Origin: Mobula hypostoma
Lineage: Eukaryota
DNA: 64,000 nt
Reading direction: 5' to 3'
Assembly (NCBI RefSeq): GCF_963921235.1
Contig: NC_086097.1
Coordinates: 140,184,001-140,248,000, forward strand
Position 1 is the stretch's first letter, and the number at the start of each line of letters is the position of its first letter. A program made the translations under genes and the position numbers. This document shows positions 38,248-49,939 of the stretch, one piece after another. The notes beneath the pieces were generated by a model, which was given only the letters and a program-made list of their open reading frames with translations, was not told the DNA's origin and did no database searches.

Positions 38248-39133
38248 TACTTTATTGTCACCAAACAATTGATACTAGAACGTACAATTATCACAGTGAT
38301 ATTTGATTCTGTGCTTCGCGCTCCCTGGAGTACAAATCGATAGTAAATAGTAAAAATTTAAATTAGAAATCATAAATAGAAAATAGAAAATAGAAAATAG
38401 AAAATAGAAAAGGGAAAGTAATGTAGTGCACAAAAAACCGAGAGGCAGGTCCGGATATTTGGAGGGTACGGCCCAGATCCGGGTCAGGATCCGTTCAGCG
38501 GTCTTATCACATTTGGAAAGAAACTGTTCCCAAATCTGGCCGTACGAGTCTTCAAGCTCCTGAGCCTTCTCCCGGAGAGAAGAGGGACGAAAAGTGTGTT
38601 GGTTGGGTAGGTCGTGTCCTTGATTATCCTGGCAGCCCTGCTCCAACAGTGTGCGGTGTAAAGTCAGTCCAAGGACGGAAGATTGGTTTGTGTGATGTGC
38701 TGGGCTGTGTTCACGATCTTCTGCAGCTTCTTCCGGTCTTGGATAGGACAACTTCCAGTCCAGGTTGTGATGCACCCTAGAAGAATGCTTTCTACAGTGC
38801 ATCTATAAAAATTAGTGAGGGTTTTAGAGGACAGGCCAAATTTCTTTAGTTTTCTCAGGAAGTAAAAGCACTGGTGGACCTTCTTGGCAGTGGACTCTGC
38901 TTGGTTGGACCAAGTCAGGTCATTTGTGATATTAACCCCCGAGGAACTTAAAGCTTTTGACCTGTTCCACTTGCGCATCACCGATGTAAATAGAGTCGTG
39001 TGGTCCGCTAGTCCTTCTGAAGTCAACAAACAATTCCTTCGTCTTGCTGACGTTGAGGGCTAGGTTATAGTCTTCGCACCATGCCACCAGGTTCTTAATT
39101 TCCTCTCTGTACTCAAACTCATCATTACCCGAG
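38248..39133 (-). mobile_element. Young Rex1/Babar LINE 3' fragment
   Basis: [19 protein letters not shown]...KSFKFLG...TNFYRCTVESIL. Closely matches the reverse complement of 44815-45702. (AGAAAAT)n in the 3' UTR. AACTG on both flanks (38243-38247, 39134-39138). Confidence 0.93.
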
Positions 39134-39594
39134 AACTGGAGCGGAAGCAAGTTATTTGCAGTCACAAGATACTTATAGTAAACTGATGAAACTTCAGGTC
39201 CTCTCCAGGTTACTGACAACTTTCACTTCTGTGAGTCTTTTGTAACCTGAGTGGTTTGCCAGTCACAGCATAGCCACTAACTGAGCTCCCACTCGACAGA
39301 AACTGCTGCAACTTCACAGCAGCTGGCAAATCCATCCTGCTAGTCTCCCAAAAGTTCACTCAATTGTATGGCCTGTGTATAGGCTAGGCATTTGGAGACT
39401 GAAATGTACTGGAAAAACAAAATGGAAACATGGCTACATGACAATCTAGTAAATAACAACTGTCATTAGTGGGGCCAAGACATGCTCTCATCTACCAACC
39501 TCTCAGTCGAGAAGAATGCACATAGGACTCCATCCCTAACAGAATGGTAACAGAAAATTGTAGTGAAATTAAGCAGTAGCTCACCATAATTTTC

Positions 39595-40435
39595 TCAAAG
39601 TTCAAAGTAAATTTATTACCAAAGTACGTATCTGTTACCATATACAACACTGAGATTCTTTTACTCACGGGCATACACAGTAGGTCCAAGAAACACAATA
39701 GAATCAATGAAAGACCACACCCAACAGGACAGACAAACAACTAATGTGGAACGGACAACAAATTGTGCAGATATGGAAGAAAAATCATAATAACAATAAT
39801 AAATAAGTAATAAATATCAAGAGGATGAGATGAAGAGTCCTCTCATGTTGATGAAGTTGTGGGAACAGTTCAGTGATGGGCAAGTGAAGTTGAATGAAGT
39901 TAGCCCCTTTGGTGTGAAAGCCTGATGTTGAGGGGTAATCACTGTTCCTGAACCTGGTGGTGTGTGTCCTGAATCTCCTGTACCTTCTTGGTGGCAGCAG
40001 TGAGAAGACATCATGGCCTGGATGGTGGGGGTCCTTAATGATCAATACTGTTTTCCTGTGACAGCACTCTGTGTAGATGTGCTCAAAGGAGGGGAGGGCT
40101 GATGGACTGGGCCATATCCACTACTTCTTGTACGATTTTCCATACAGGGGAGTTGGTGTTTCCATTCCAGGCCAGGATGAAAGAAGTCAGTATACTCTCC
40201 ACCACACATCTATAGAAGTTTGTTAAGTTTTAGATGTCATGTCGAAAAGTCGAAAATTCGCAAACTTCTAAGGAAATCGAGGTGTTGCTCTGCTTTCTTC
40301 ATAATTGCACTTGTGTGATAGGCAGGTCCTCTGCAACTTAAAGTTATTGACCCTCTCTTCCTCTGATTCCCCCATGAGGACTGGCTCATGGGCTTCCAGT
40401 TTCCTCCTCCTGAAGTCAAGAATCAGCTCTTTGGT
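39595..40435 (-). mobile_element. Rex1/Babar LINE 3' fragment
   Basis: TKELILDFRR, IIKDPHHPGHDVFSLLP, TTRFRNS and tail AATAAATTTACTTTGAACTTTGA. Confidence 0.88.
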
Positions 40436-43334
40436 GGTAGTGACACCCATAGTGGCAGCTACATAAGGAAATAGCAGATGGGCTGCAGCACAACTGAGGA
40501 AACACTTTGGAACAATCTTTCAGCACATGATTTTTTGAGGGGATATTTGGCCAAGATAGAATGGTTTACATTGAGGCAGGTGCAGATGGCATGAGGGAGC
40601 GGGAGGACCTGAGGTTTTGGATATAATATCAAAACCTTACCAAACCCAAACCCACCCGTCTAAACACAGGCCTGCCCAAACTAAAGCAGACCCTGCCAGG
40701 TCTGAAATGAGTAGCCAGTCTCCAGCCAAGACAGTTTTGAGCTTTTAACACAGGAAAAGAAAGAAGGCAGTAGCAGTAGCAAAGAGTGAAGCTATGGAGA
40801 AAGTTTAAAATGAACACAGAAGCTACTTGTGAATAGCTGGGATAAGAGCCAAGAGTGTTGAGCTGTATCAAATATGAATCATTACATTCTGAGTTAGTTT
40901 ATAGAACTCTAGGTTTGATAATGAGCATGAAAGCCTTGAGATGATTAAAAAAAGCAAACTCTCAGAAGTTTGAGAGAATGTCAATGTAAGTAAGTAGTGC
41001 CTTGGTGCAGTAATCTCAAATTCAGGCTAGAGATTTGAGGCTCAAAAGTCAACAGAAATAGGTGACTTCTTTAGGGGATGGTGGATATGTGGGGCTCTGC
41101 ACAAAGAGGTAGCTGTTTGTGGAGGTGGCCAGGAAAGTAGGCGTAAAATGAATAAGGAGCTATGAGGAAGGGTGACTGAGCCCAGAGAACAAAGCTTTTG
41201 GCAAGGGTCAAATACACTGTGTTTGCTCTTGTATCGGGTGAGAGAAGACCAATTCAGTTAGAAATGAGTACAGCATTGGAAGGTGATCTCATTAACTAGT
41301 ACAAGTCAACATTAAGTTTAGAAGTAATACCACTAAAGGGTACCATGTAGATCAGGAAAAACAGCAAGCAAAAACGAAGCCCTAGGCTTGCTGGAGGTAG
41401 TGAAGCAGGAATGGTGGGAAAGAACACTACAAAAGCCCCAAATACTCAGCACACAAAGAGGAATGGGCCATATGGGACAGACCCAGGTGGTGGACAATGG
41501 GGGGTGCAGTTAGAAGATAAGAACCGATACTGTGAGCGAGAATAGTGGCGACTGTGGCAAGTTCTGGACATTGACAATGGAGACTACTGTTTACCAGCTC
41601 TATCAGGAGGTGGAATAATTCCAAACAAGGGCAGCAGCAGTGACACAAAACTGCAACCTGTGGACATGTTTTGAGGCCTACAGGTTTCATTTATCATTAA
41701 TTGTGAAATTTTCAGGGTATGGTAAAGAACAGTTCAATTGGAATGATGGTATGTGGAAATATTCAGACTGAATTATATCAGCTTCCCAAAGCATACCAAA
41801 GGAAGTATCACAATCTCTTCCAAAAGAGCAATGCTATAATCAGAGAAGATAAATCTCCCTTTAGCACTTTCTAAATCAGCACTGCTGCTACATGTGTTTG
41901 TGAACTGCAATGACTGGGAGTCTAGAGTTCCGACTATAACAAAACCCACATCACACTGAAGTTTCTAATTAACACTCCTTGCATGTTATGGAATCATATT
42001 TTCTGAGGTACCTCTGAGCATTTAGGGGATAGTGTATAGCTCTCTTTGCTGACAGAATGTGAATTAGCAAGAACGGCTTGCAGGAGATGGTGTGAAGGAG
42101 CATTCCAAATTAATGTTGGGGTACAACAACATGCTCTTTTGTTAAGTATTTTTAAAAGAAAATGATTCAAGTAGTAAATGGTTTAGGGAGTGATAACTGA
42201 AAGCAAAACTTAAAAATAATAAATCTTAGAAAATCATCAACAGAAGAGTGAAAATTCATAACACGAGCGACAGGATCTGAAAATCACCTTTCTTGTAGAA
42301 TCTATTGTTAAAATACGAAGTAAAAGCAGATCCTGTGTGCACTGATTCTTCAGTTTGCAACTAAAAATCATTTTTCTTATTTTATGCACTTAAGGGTCAC
42401 TACAACCGGTAGAGGCTGAGTCTTGCCTGAATCTGGTCATTCTGTGGACCACCGGAGAAAAGGGGAGTGTCTAAAAAGGCTTTCATCAGATGCTGAATCA
42501 AATATCCCCCTCCCTCTGGAGACTGGAACAAAGCCAGAGAAAGCAGATTTTCCAGATGTGAGCTAATAAACACTGTTAAAGAAGAGACAGTTTGCCCACT
42601 ATTCTATTCTGGCATGCACAGATGCCCTGATCTTAAGCTGTGTAACCTAGGTTATTGATTCTGGGTTGTACAACACTGTTGAGCTGGTCATTCCATACAA
42701 GAAAGTTAACTTCAGCAAGTGAACGTGGATGAGATATTTTTAAAAAATAGACAAAAATTAAGAAAAATATTTAATATTTTCCTGAATTAAATAACGGATA
42801 TTAGATTTTATATTGCTTATTTTTTTCTGTGTCCTTGACTTAATGAGATGTACATAGCATTGAAGTAAATGGAGTTTCGAGGGTATTGTTACAAAACTTT
42901 ATAAAGAGTGGTATTAAGGGCTGGCAAATTAATTTTCCTACTTCAAGACAGAACTTAAGACACATGAAATAAATACTAAGAGTAATAAAAGCAAATGAGT
43001 ACTGAAATGCAATGTAAAATATTTAGATGAATGAAACTGTATTCTGTCTGGAATTGTTATCCATGGTCATGCCTGGTTATGAGGACAATTAAACATCCCT
43101 TTATTGTGCATAGGTAAAATACTACAGTTACAATGGAAAACAATGTGTGCAATAAAAGGCAGTTGAAACTAGTGAAATAGTCCATTATTCATAGTAAATA
43201 GTGGGGAAAGACAGAAATATTACTGATCCTAGGCGTGTTCTGAAACCAAGTTCCAAATGCAATCTGAACATGAACGAGTAAAAAATAGAAACAATTCAGC
43301 CTTCATGAGTGTGCTGTCACTCATTAAGATCTTT

Positions 43335-46300
43335 GACCTCAGTCCCTGCGCTGAAGTGCTTTGAGTAATAGGTCATGTCTGGAATTTAACTCTTGCCTGA
43401 GCAAGGACTTTGATCCACTGCAATTTGCTTAGCACTGCCATAGAACCTACAGTGGACAGAGACTCGCTGGCTCTCACCGACCTTGGATCACTTGGATAGC
43501 AGCAATACCGACGACAAGAAACTGAAGCAGGAGGTCACGGTGTCAAAAGTAGTGTCACGTTGTACTGAGGAAATGGATGAGGTCCTCCGTGACTGCTTTG
43601 AATCGGTGGACTGGTTAGTATTCAAGGACTCGGCAGCTAACCTCGATGAGTATGCCTCAGCTGTCACGGACTTTATTTGGAAATGCACGGAGGACTGTGC
43701 GTCTCGCAAGACGATGCAGGTACTCCCTAACCAGAAGCTTTGGATGAACTATCAGGTCAAGTCCCTCTTAAAGGCTAGAGCTGCAGCTTTTAGGTCCGGG
43801 GATACCAGTCGCTACACGGAATCAAGGCATGAACTCCGGAAAGCCATTAAGGACGTCAAGAGGCAATATCGAGCCAAGTTGGAAACCCAGGCTAACCAGA
43901 GGGATGCCAGTAGCCTATAGCAGGGTCTAAATGAGATCACTGGGCTCAAAGAAAAGGCTGGGAATATCAATAACTGTGGCACTTCTCTTCCTGACGAACT
44001 TAACGTATTCTACACAAGATTCGAACAGAAGAGGAGGGTCCTGCTCCCTCCGGATGAACTGGACCTGGTGGCATCGAGATTCATCGTCACCTAGCAGGAC
44101 GTTAGAAGAGCCTTCCTGAAGATAAATCCAAGGAAGGCGACGGGCCCAGATGGCGGCCCGGGACGGGTTCTCCGGGCCTGTGCAAGCGAGCTAGCTGGAG
44201 TGTTTGCTGATATCTTCAACTGCTCCTTGCTTCAGTCTAAGATCCCTCGTGTTTTAAGAAGGCAACAATAATCCCAGTGCCGAAGAAGAGCAAGGTAGCA
44301 TGCCTGAATGACTATCGACCTGTGGCTCTGACTTCAATTGCTATGAAGTGCTTCAAGAGATTGGTTATGGCACACATCAACCACAGCCCAGCGGACAACA
44401 TCGAAGCTTTGCAATTCGCCTACTGGAGCAACAGGTCAACGGCAGATACCATCTCTCTGGCCCTACATTCCTCCTTAGAACATCTGGAGAATAAAGACAC
44501 ATACATAAGGCTCCTTTTCATTTACTACAGCTCTGCCTTTAACACCATCATTCCAAATAAATTGATTCCTAAGCTCCGGAACCTGGGCCTCAGCACTCAG
44601 ATCTGCAGCTGGATCTTCAACTTCCTCATAGACAGGACCCAGGCTGTAAAAATAGGGGACAAGCTCTCCTCTACAATCACTCTGAGCACTGGTGCCCCAC
44701 AAGGCTATGTACTCACCTCCCTGCTGTACTTACTGTACACCCATGATTGTGTAGCCAAGTTTCCATCAGACTCAATATATAAGTTTGCTGATGACACAAC
44801 AATTGTAGGCCGTATCTCGGGTAATGATGAGTTTGAGTACAGAGAGGAAATTAAGAACCTGGTGGCATGGTGCGAAGACAATAACCTATCCCTCAGCATC
44901 AGCAAGACGAAGTAACTGGTTGTTGACTTCAGAAGGAGTAGCGGACCGCACGACCCAATTTACATCAGTGGTGCGCAAGTGGAACAGGTCAAAAGCTTTA
45001 AGTTTCTCGGGGTCAATATCACAAATGACCTGACTTGGTCCAACCAAGCAGAGTTCACCGCCAAGAAGGCCCACCAGAGCCTTTACTTCCTGAGAAAACT
45101 AAAGAAATTTGGCCCATCCCCTAAAACTCTCACTAATTTTTATAGATGCACCATAGAAAGCATTCTTCTCGGGTGCATCGCAACCTGGTATGGAAGTTGT
45201 CCTGTCCAAGACCGAAAGAAGCTGCAGAAGATCGTGAGCACGCGCAGCACATCACACAAACCCATCTTCCATCCTTGGACTCACTTTACACCGCACGCTG
45301 TTGGAGCTGTGCTGCCAGGATAATCAAGGACACGACCCACCCAGCCAACACACTTTTCGTCCCGCTTCCCTCTGGGAGAAGGCTCAGGAGCTTGAAGACT
45401 CGTACGGCCAGATTTGGGAACAGCTTCTTTCCAACAGTGATAAGACTGCTGTACGGATCCTAATCTGGATCTGGCCATGCCCTCCAAATATATGGACCTG
45501 CCTCTTGGTTTTTTTTTTGCACTACCTTACTTTCCATTTTTCTATTTTCTATTTATGATTTATAATTTAAATTTTTAATATTTACTAATTTTTAATATTG
45601 TTAATATTTAATATTTGTAATCCAGGGAGTGGGAAGCACAGAATCAAATATTGCTGTGATGATTGTATGTTCTAGTATCAATTGTTTGGCGACAATAAAG
45701 TATAAAGCTGCTGTTTTTTGATTACAGCTTGAACACCATCATTCCCTCAGTACTAACTAACAAGCTTCAGAACCTTGGATTCTGAATCTCCCTCTGCAAC
45801 TGGATCCTTGACTTCCTCATTGGGAGACCACAGTTAAAATGTGGATCACAATAACACTCTCCTCTTCGCGGACAACCAATGGAGTTGCAGCTCAAAGTGC
45901 ATTCTTAGCCCACTGCTCTATTCTCTCTACACTCACGACTGTGTGGCTAGCCACAGCTCAAACAGTTACTGATGACACCACTATTGTTGGTAGGACCTCA
46001 GGTGGTGACAAGGAGGCACATATGAGTGAGAGAGAGTGGCTGATTTAGTTGTATTGCAACACCAACTGTGCACTCGAACCCAGTAAGACCAAGGAATTGC
46101 TGGACTTCATGAAGGGGAAATTGGGAGAACACACACCAGTCCTCATTGAGGGGTCAATGGGGGAAAGGGTGAGAAGTTTCGGGTTCCTGGATGTCAACAT
46201 CTCAGAGGTTCTGTCCTGGGGCCAATATATTGATGCAATCATGAAGAAGGCATGCTAACAGCTATACTACATTAGGACTTTGAGGAGATTTGGTATGTCA

Positions 46301-46747
46301 CCAAAGACTAGTAAATTGCTACACATGTACCATTCAGAGCATTCTGACTGGTTGCATGACAGCCTGGCATGGAGGCTCCAGTGCACAGGAGCAATAGAAG
46401 CTGCAGAGGGTTGTAGACTCTGTGAGATCCATCATGGCTACAAGCCCCCACACCATTGAGGGTATCTTCAAAAGGAGGTATCTCAAGAACAGATCATGCA
46501 CCATTAAGGACACTGACTGCTCAGGACATGCCTTCTCCTTACCACCATCAGAGAGGAGGTACAGGAGCCTGAAGACCTACACTCAAAAGTTTTAAGAACA
46601 GGTTCTTCCCCTTTGCCATCAGATTTCTGAACAACCCATGAACTCTACCTCACTATTCCTCTTTTGCACTATTTATTTATTATGGTAACTTATAGTAATT
46701 TCTAATGTCTTGCAGTGTACACTGCCACAAAACTACAAATTCTGATT
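43335..46747 (+). mobile_element. Older Rex1/Babar LINE split by a younger Rex1 (pieces ~43335-43509 and 45707-46747)
   Basis: LKCFE...DPLQFA...LDHLDSSNT stops at 43509 and resumes as LLFFDYS at ~45707, then CNWILDFL, DDTTIVG and KTKELLDF. Confidence 0.85.
43510..45706 (+). mobile_element. Young Rex1/Babar LINE, 5'-truncated, RT pseudogene
   Basis: [58 protein letters not shown]. Several in-frame stops and frameshifts. Tail GACAATAAAGTATAAA. Confidence 0.95.
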
Positions 46748-46789
46748 TCCTTACAAACCGCCAGCAGTACGAATTCCAAAGGTTCGTTT

Positions 46790-48700
46790 GCCCATGGTAA
46801 AACTCCCCTGTTCCCTGACCTCAATAGCTGACCTTTGATTATGAGATTTTGACCACCAGGTTTAGATTCCCCAAACAGCACACATTCAATTCTGCATCTT
46901 CCCTACTGAACCCTGAGACCCTTTTGTATATTTTGGGGAGATCACCCATCATTTTCTCAACTCAAAGGAGTATAACTCCAGCATTCTTAACCACTCCTCA
47001 TCAGGTTGAACTTGCAATCCAGGAACTAATCTGGAGAACTGTCACTACTCTCTGTCTCACCCTGTCCTTCTCCACTTCCTCCAACCCTCCCAACCCCCCT
47101 TCATCTCCACCCCTTCCTCCAAACACTCCCCAACCATCCTGCCCCACCAGACCTCGACATTAAAAAAAAATTGATTTTTCTGAGCAGATGGATGACCTCA
47201 TGTTTTCCAACATTATATTCCACCTGTCTTGTCCTTGGACAATTGGAGATATAACTCCAGCCACACACCCAAACTATGTGACCTTCCATTGGTTGAGGTT
47301 GACCATGGATGTTACATCCTGGTCATCTACGTTGCTGGTGCAGCACTGCCTGCAGCTGATGAAACCAATGAGAGAGTGGCAGTCTCTATTGCAAAGGTTG
47401 CATCTATAAGTGATCTCAGCTCTGCTGGATGCAGCGTTCCTTTCCGTGGGCCCATTTGCCTTCTATAGCTTTCAGGAATTTTTCCTCACCTGACTTAAAA
47501 TGTTGTTTCAGAGTATTTCTCCAACTAATGCAGTTGGCTACAAACTCCTCCCAGGACTCAGTGTTGATGTTCAGCGCCTTCAAATCCCGCTCGCAGACAT
47601 TTTTGTAGTGTAGTTGCAGGCGCTCAGTGTTCTCTTGCCTGAAGCCAGCTCACCGTGCCAGATGTCTTTTGGGATGCAGCCATCCTGCATATGGTAGACA
47701 TGGCCCAGCCAGCAGGGTTTTCACCCAAACCACTGAGAGAAATGATGAGCCATTGGGGTTTCAGGAGTAATCCTTGTGGCATTCCATTGAACTCACCAGT
47801 CTAATCCAAAAATTATACTTACCCTACAGTTCTCTGCCATTAGCCAATTTTCAATCCATGCCAAAATACCCCAATATCAGGTGCTCTCAGTTTGTTCACA
47901 AGGTTTCTTAAAGTGTAAATACATGAAAATATGAATAAGGAGTGGAAACAGACACTCACCCTTCACAATTACCCAGCTTTAAACCAGATCATGGCTGATA
48001 TGGTAGTAGCTTCCAAACCACAAACTATCTGCAGTAACCTTTCACCTTCTGTTTATCAGGAACCTACAGCTACCTTAAAAGTACTCAGAGTCTGTTTCTT
48101 CTCCTCTATAAGGAAGACAGTTCCAAAGATTCACTTTCCTCTGAAATAAAATAAATCACTTCATTTCTGTAAATGAGTAATCCTTTGAACAGTGAGCCCT
48201 GGTTCTAGATTTTCCCTACAAAGGAAACATCCCCCTTCACATTCACCCTGCCAAGACCCCTCAGGATCTTATATGTTTTATTCAAGTCCATTGTCACTCA
48301 TCTCAAATCCAGCAAATACAAGCCTGGCCTGTCAAACCTCTCATCAGTCAACCCACCTGGTCTTGGTATTACAATAGGAAATCTTCTCTGAACTATTTCC
48401 AATACACAAACATCCTTCCTTATTCAAAGAGACCATTTCTGTACAAAGTACTCCAGATATGGTCTCACCACTGCTCTGGATAACCATATCCTTACCTTCC
48501 TACTGTTGTATCTAATTCCCCCAACAATAAAAATTTGCAATGGTTACCATTCCTAATTGCTATGTCCCTATATACGAGCATTTAGAAAATCAGGCACTTG
48601 AATACTCGAACCCTCTGTATTTCACAGCTCAGCAATTACGCACTAATTATTTTCTGGTCAAAATAGATAATTTTCCTAGGGCAGGTATAGTGGCATTTGT
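46790..48700 (-). mobile_element. Cluster of old CR1 fragments (minus) surrounding an RTE fragment
   Basis: QVEYNVGKHEVIHL at ~47180-47230 and LVRP.LEY.V at ~48440-48470, plus other CR1 3' remnants. Confidence 0.6.
47275..47714 (-). mobile_element. RTE-clade (BovB-like) LINE 3' fragment
   Basis: Minus: WLGHVYHMQDGCIPKDIWHGELASGKR...YKNVCERDLKALNINTESWEE...WR, and terminal LCNRDCHSLIG. Confidence 0.85.
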
Positions 48701-49359
48701 CCAATTCATGATATTGTACTTCACAAAGACATGGCAATCCCAGGTAAAGTTGCATCATATCCACAGCTCAGAGGAAGATCAGAATCTAAAGTGAAGCATT
48801 TAGATATAATAGAGCTGGCACAAAGTCAGAAACAGCTGTCCTGTGGAAAATATTAATATCTGTACATTCCATGTAGCTGAGGTATGAACAAAATTCAGAA
48901 AGTACTCATGGAGGGTGTGATTATTAGAAGAACATAATTATCGTAAAGGCAACAACACACACCTAGTGGCTGAAATGACTGTGTAGGCAGCTTCATGTTA
49001 ATTCTTGTGGTTTATCACAACCATTAGAATGGACTAACATATAATAACACAGTCTCAGAGCACTTACTATCTGATGAAAAATTGTACTGCAGCCAAAACC
49101 CCAGTTAAATAAACTATCTCAGTGAAGCATCTGCACATGGGAATGCTCACCTGCATTTATTACACCAGGGAGAGGCCTCACATTTAAGGCATTATCAAAT
49201 CTTTTGTCTTCATGGGTATTGCTGGTTCAGTTGCACCTTCTCACAGTAACTGTTATTTTAGATTTCTAGCTCTGACAGTTTGTTTTTCCTTTTGAAACCT
49301 GGCAATGCTCGTTGGTCCTGCTGAGGGATTGTTTTTTCATATGTTTCTTCATATGAGCG

Positions 49360-49563
49360 GCTGGAAGTCTGAAATAAAAGCAAAAAGTCTGGAAGCACTC
49401 AGTAAATCAGACAGCATCTGTGGAAAGAGAAATGAGTTAACAAAATAGGTCAACGATCTTTAATTCTGATGAAGTATCCTTAACCTGAAATGTTAACTCT
49501 TACTCTCTTTCTGAAGATGCTGTCTGACCTAATGAGGGTTTTCTGCATTTTCTGTTTCATTTC
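49360..49563. mobile_element. Small inverted-pLTR hairpin element with a central hammerhead remnant
   Basis: Imperfect ~72 bp inverted arms (49371-49442 and 49491-49563). AATT CTGATGA...CCT GAAAT GTT AACT at 49462-49498. Confidence 0.75.
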
Positions 49564-49939
49564 AAAAACCCTACAGACTTAGAAAATGTGGCATTGCAAC
49601 TCCTGGGCTGATGGGGAGGTGCAGGGTTCAGCAGTCTTGTATTTGGTGTCTACTGCCAGGGAGGAAAGTATGCACACTACTCACTCTTTACTGTAAACCC
49701 AATCGAGCAGATGGGAAGACACAGCCAGTAGCATCTATGTACAGCAGTGCTTGCTGAATCTATCCTGGCACCAGAGCTTCCATCTGGCTCTTTGACAAGT
49801 CAGCCCAGTATAGAACTTGCAGGAGATCACCCTGGTGGTGGTGTCCTGAACCGTAGTGGTGATCGTGGGTTGGAATATCAAAGGATGGAGCTTCCACCAC
49901 CCTGCCCCATTCCACACTGGATTGAAAAGGTCGTTGTAG

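Noticed and set aside
37617..38306. Longest ORF in the track (229 aa, plus)
   Set aside because: No recognisable domain. It includes a local ~31-34 bp duplication (37829-37899) and runs into the antisense tail of a Rex1 copy, so it is most likely a chance ORF.
43483..45558. Active autonomous LINE
   Set aside because: 5'-truncated with no endonuclease domain, and multiple stops and frameshifts. No intact autonomous element was found anywhere in the window.
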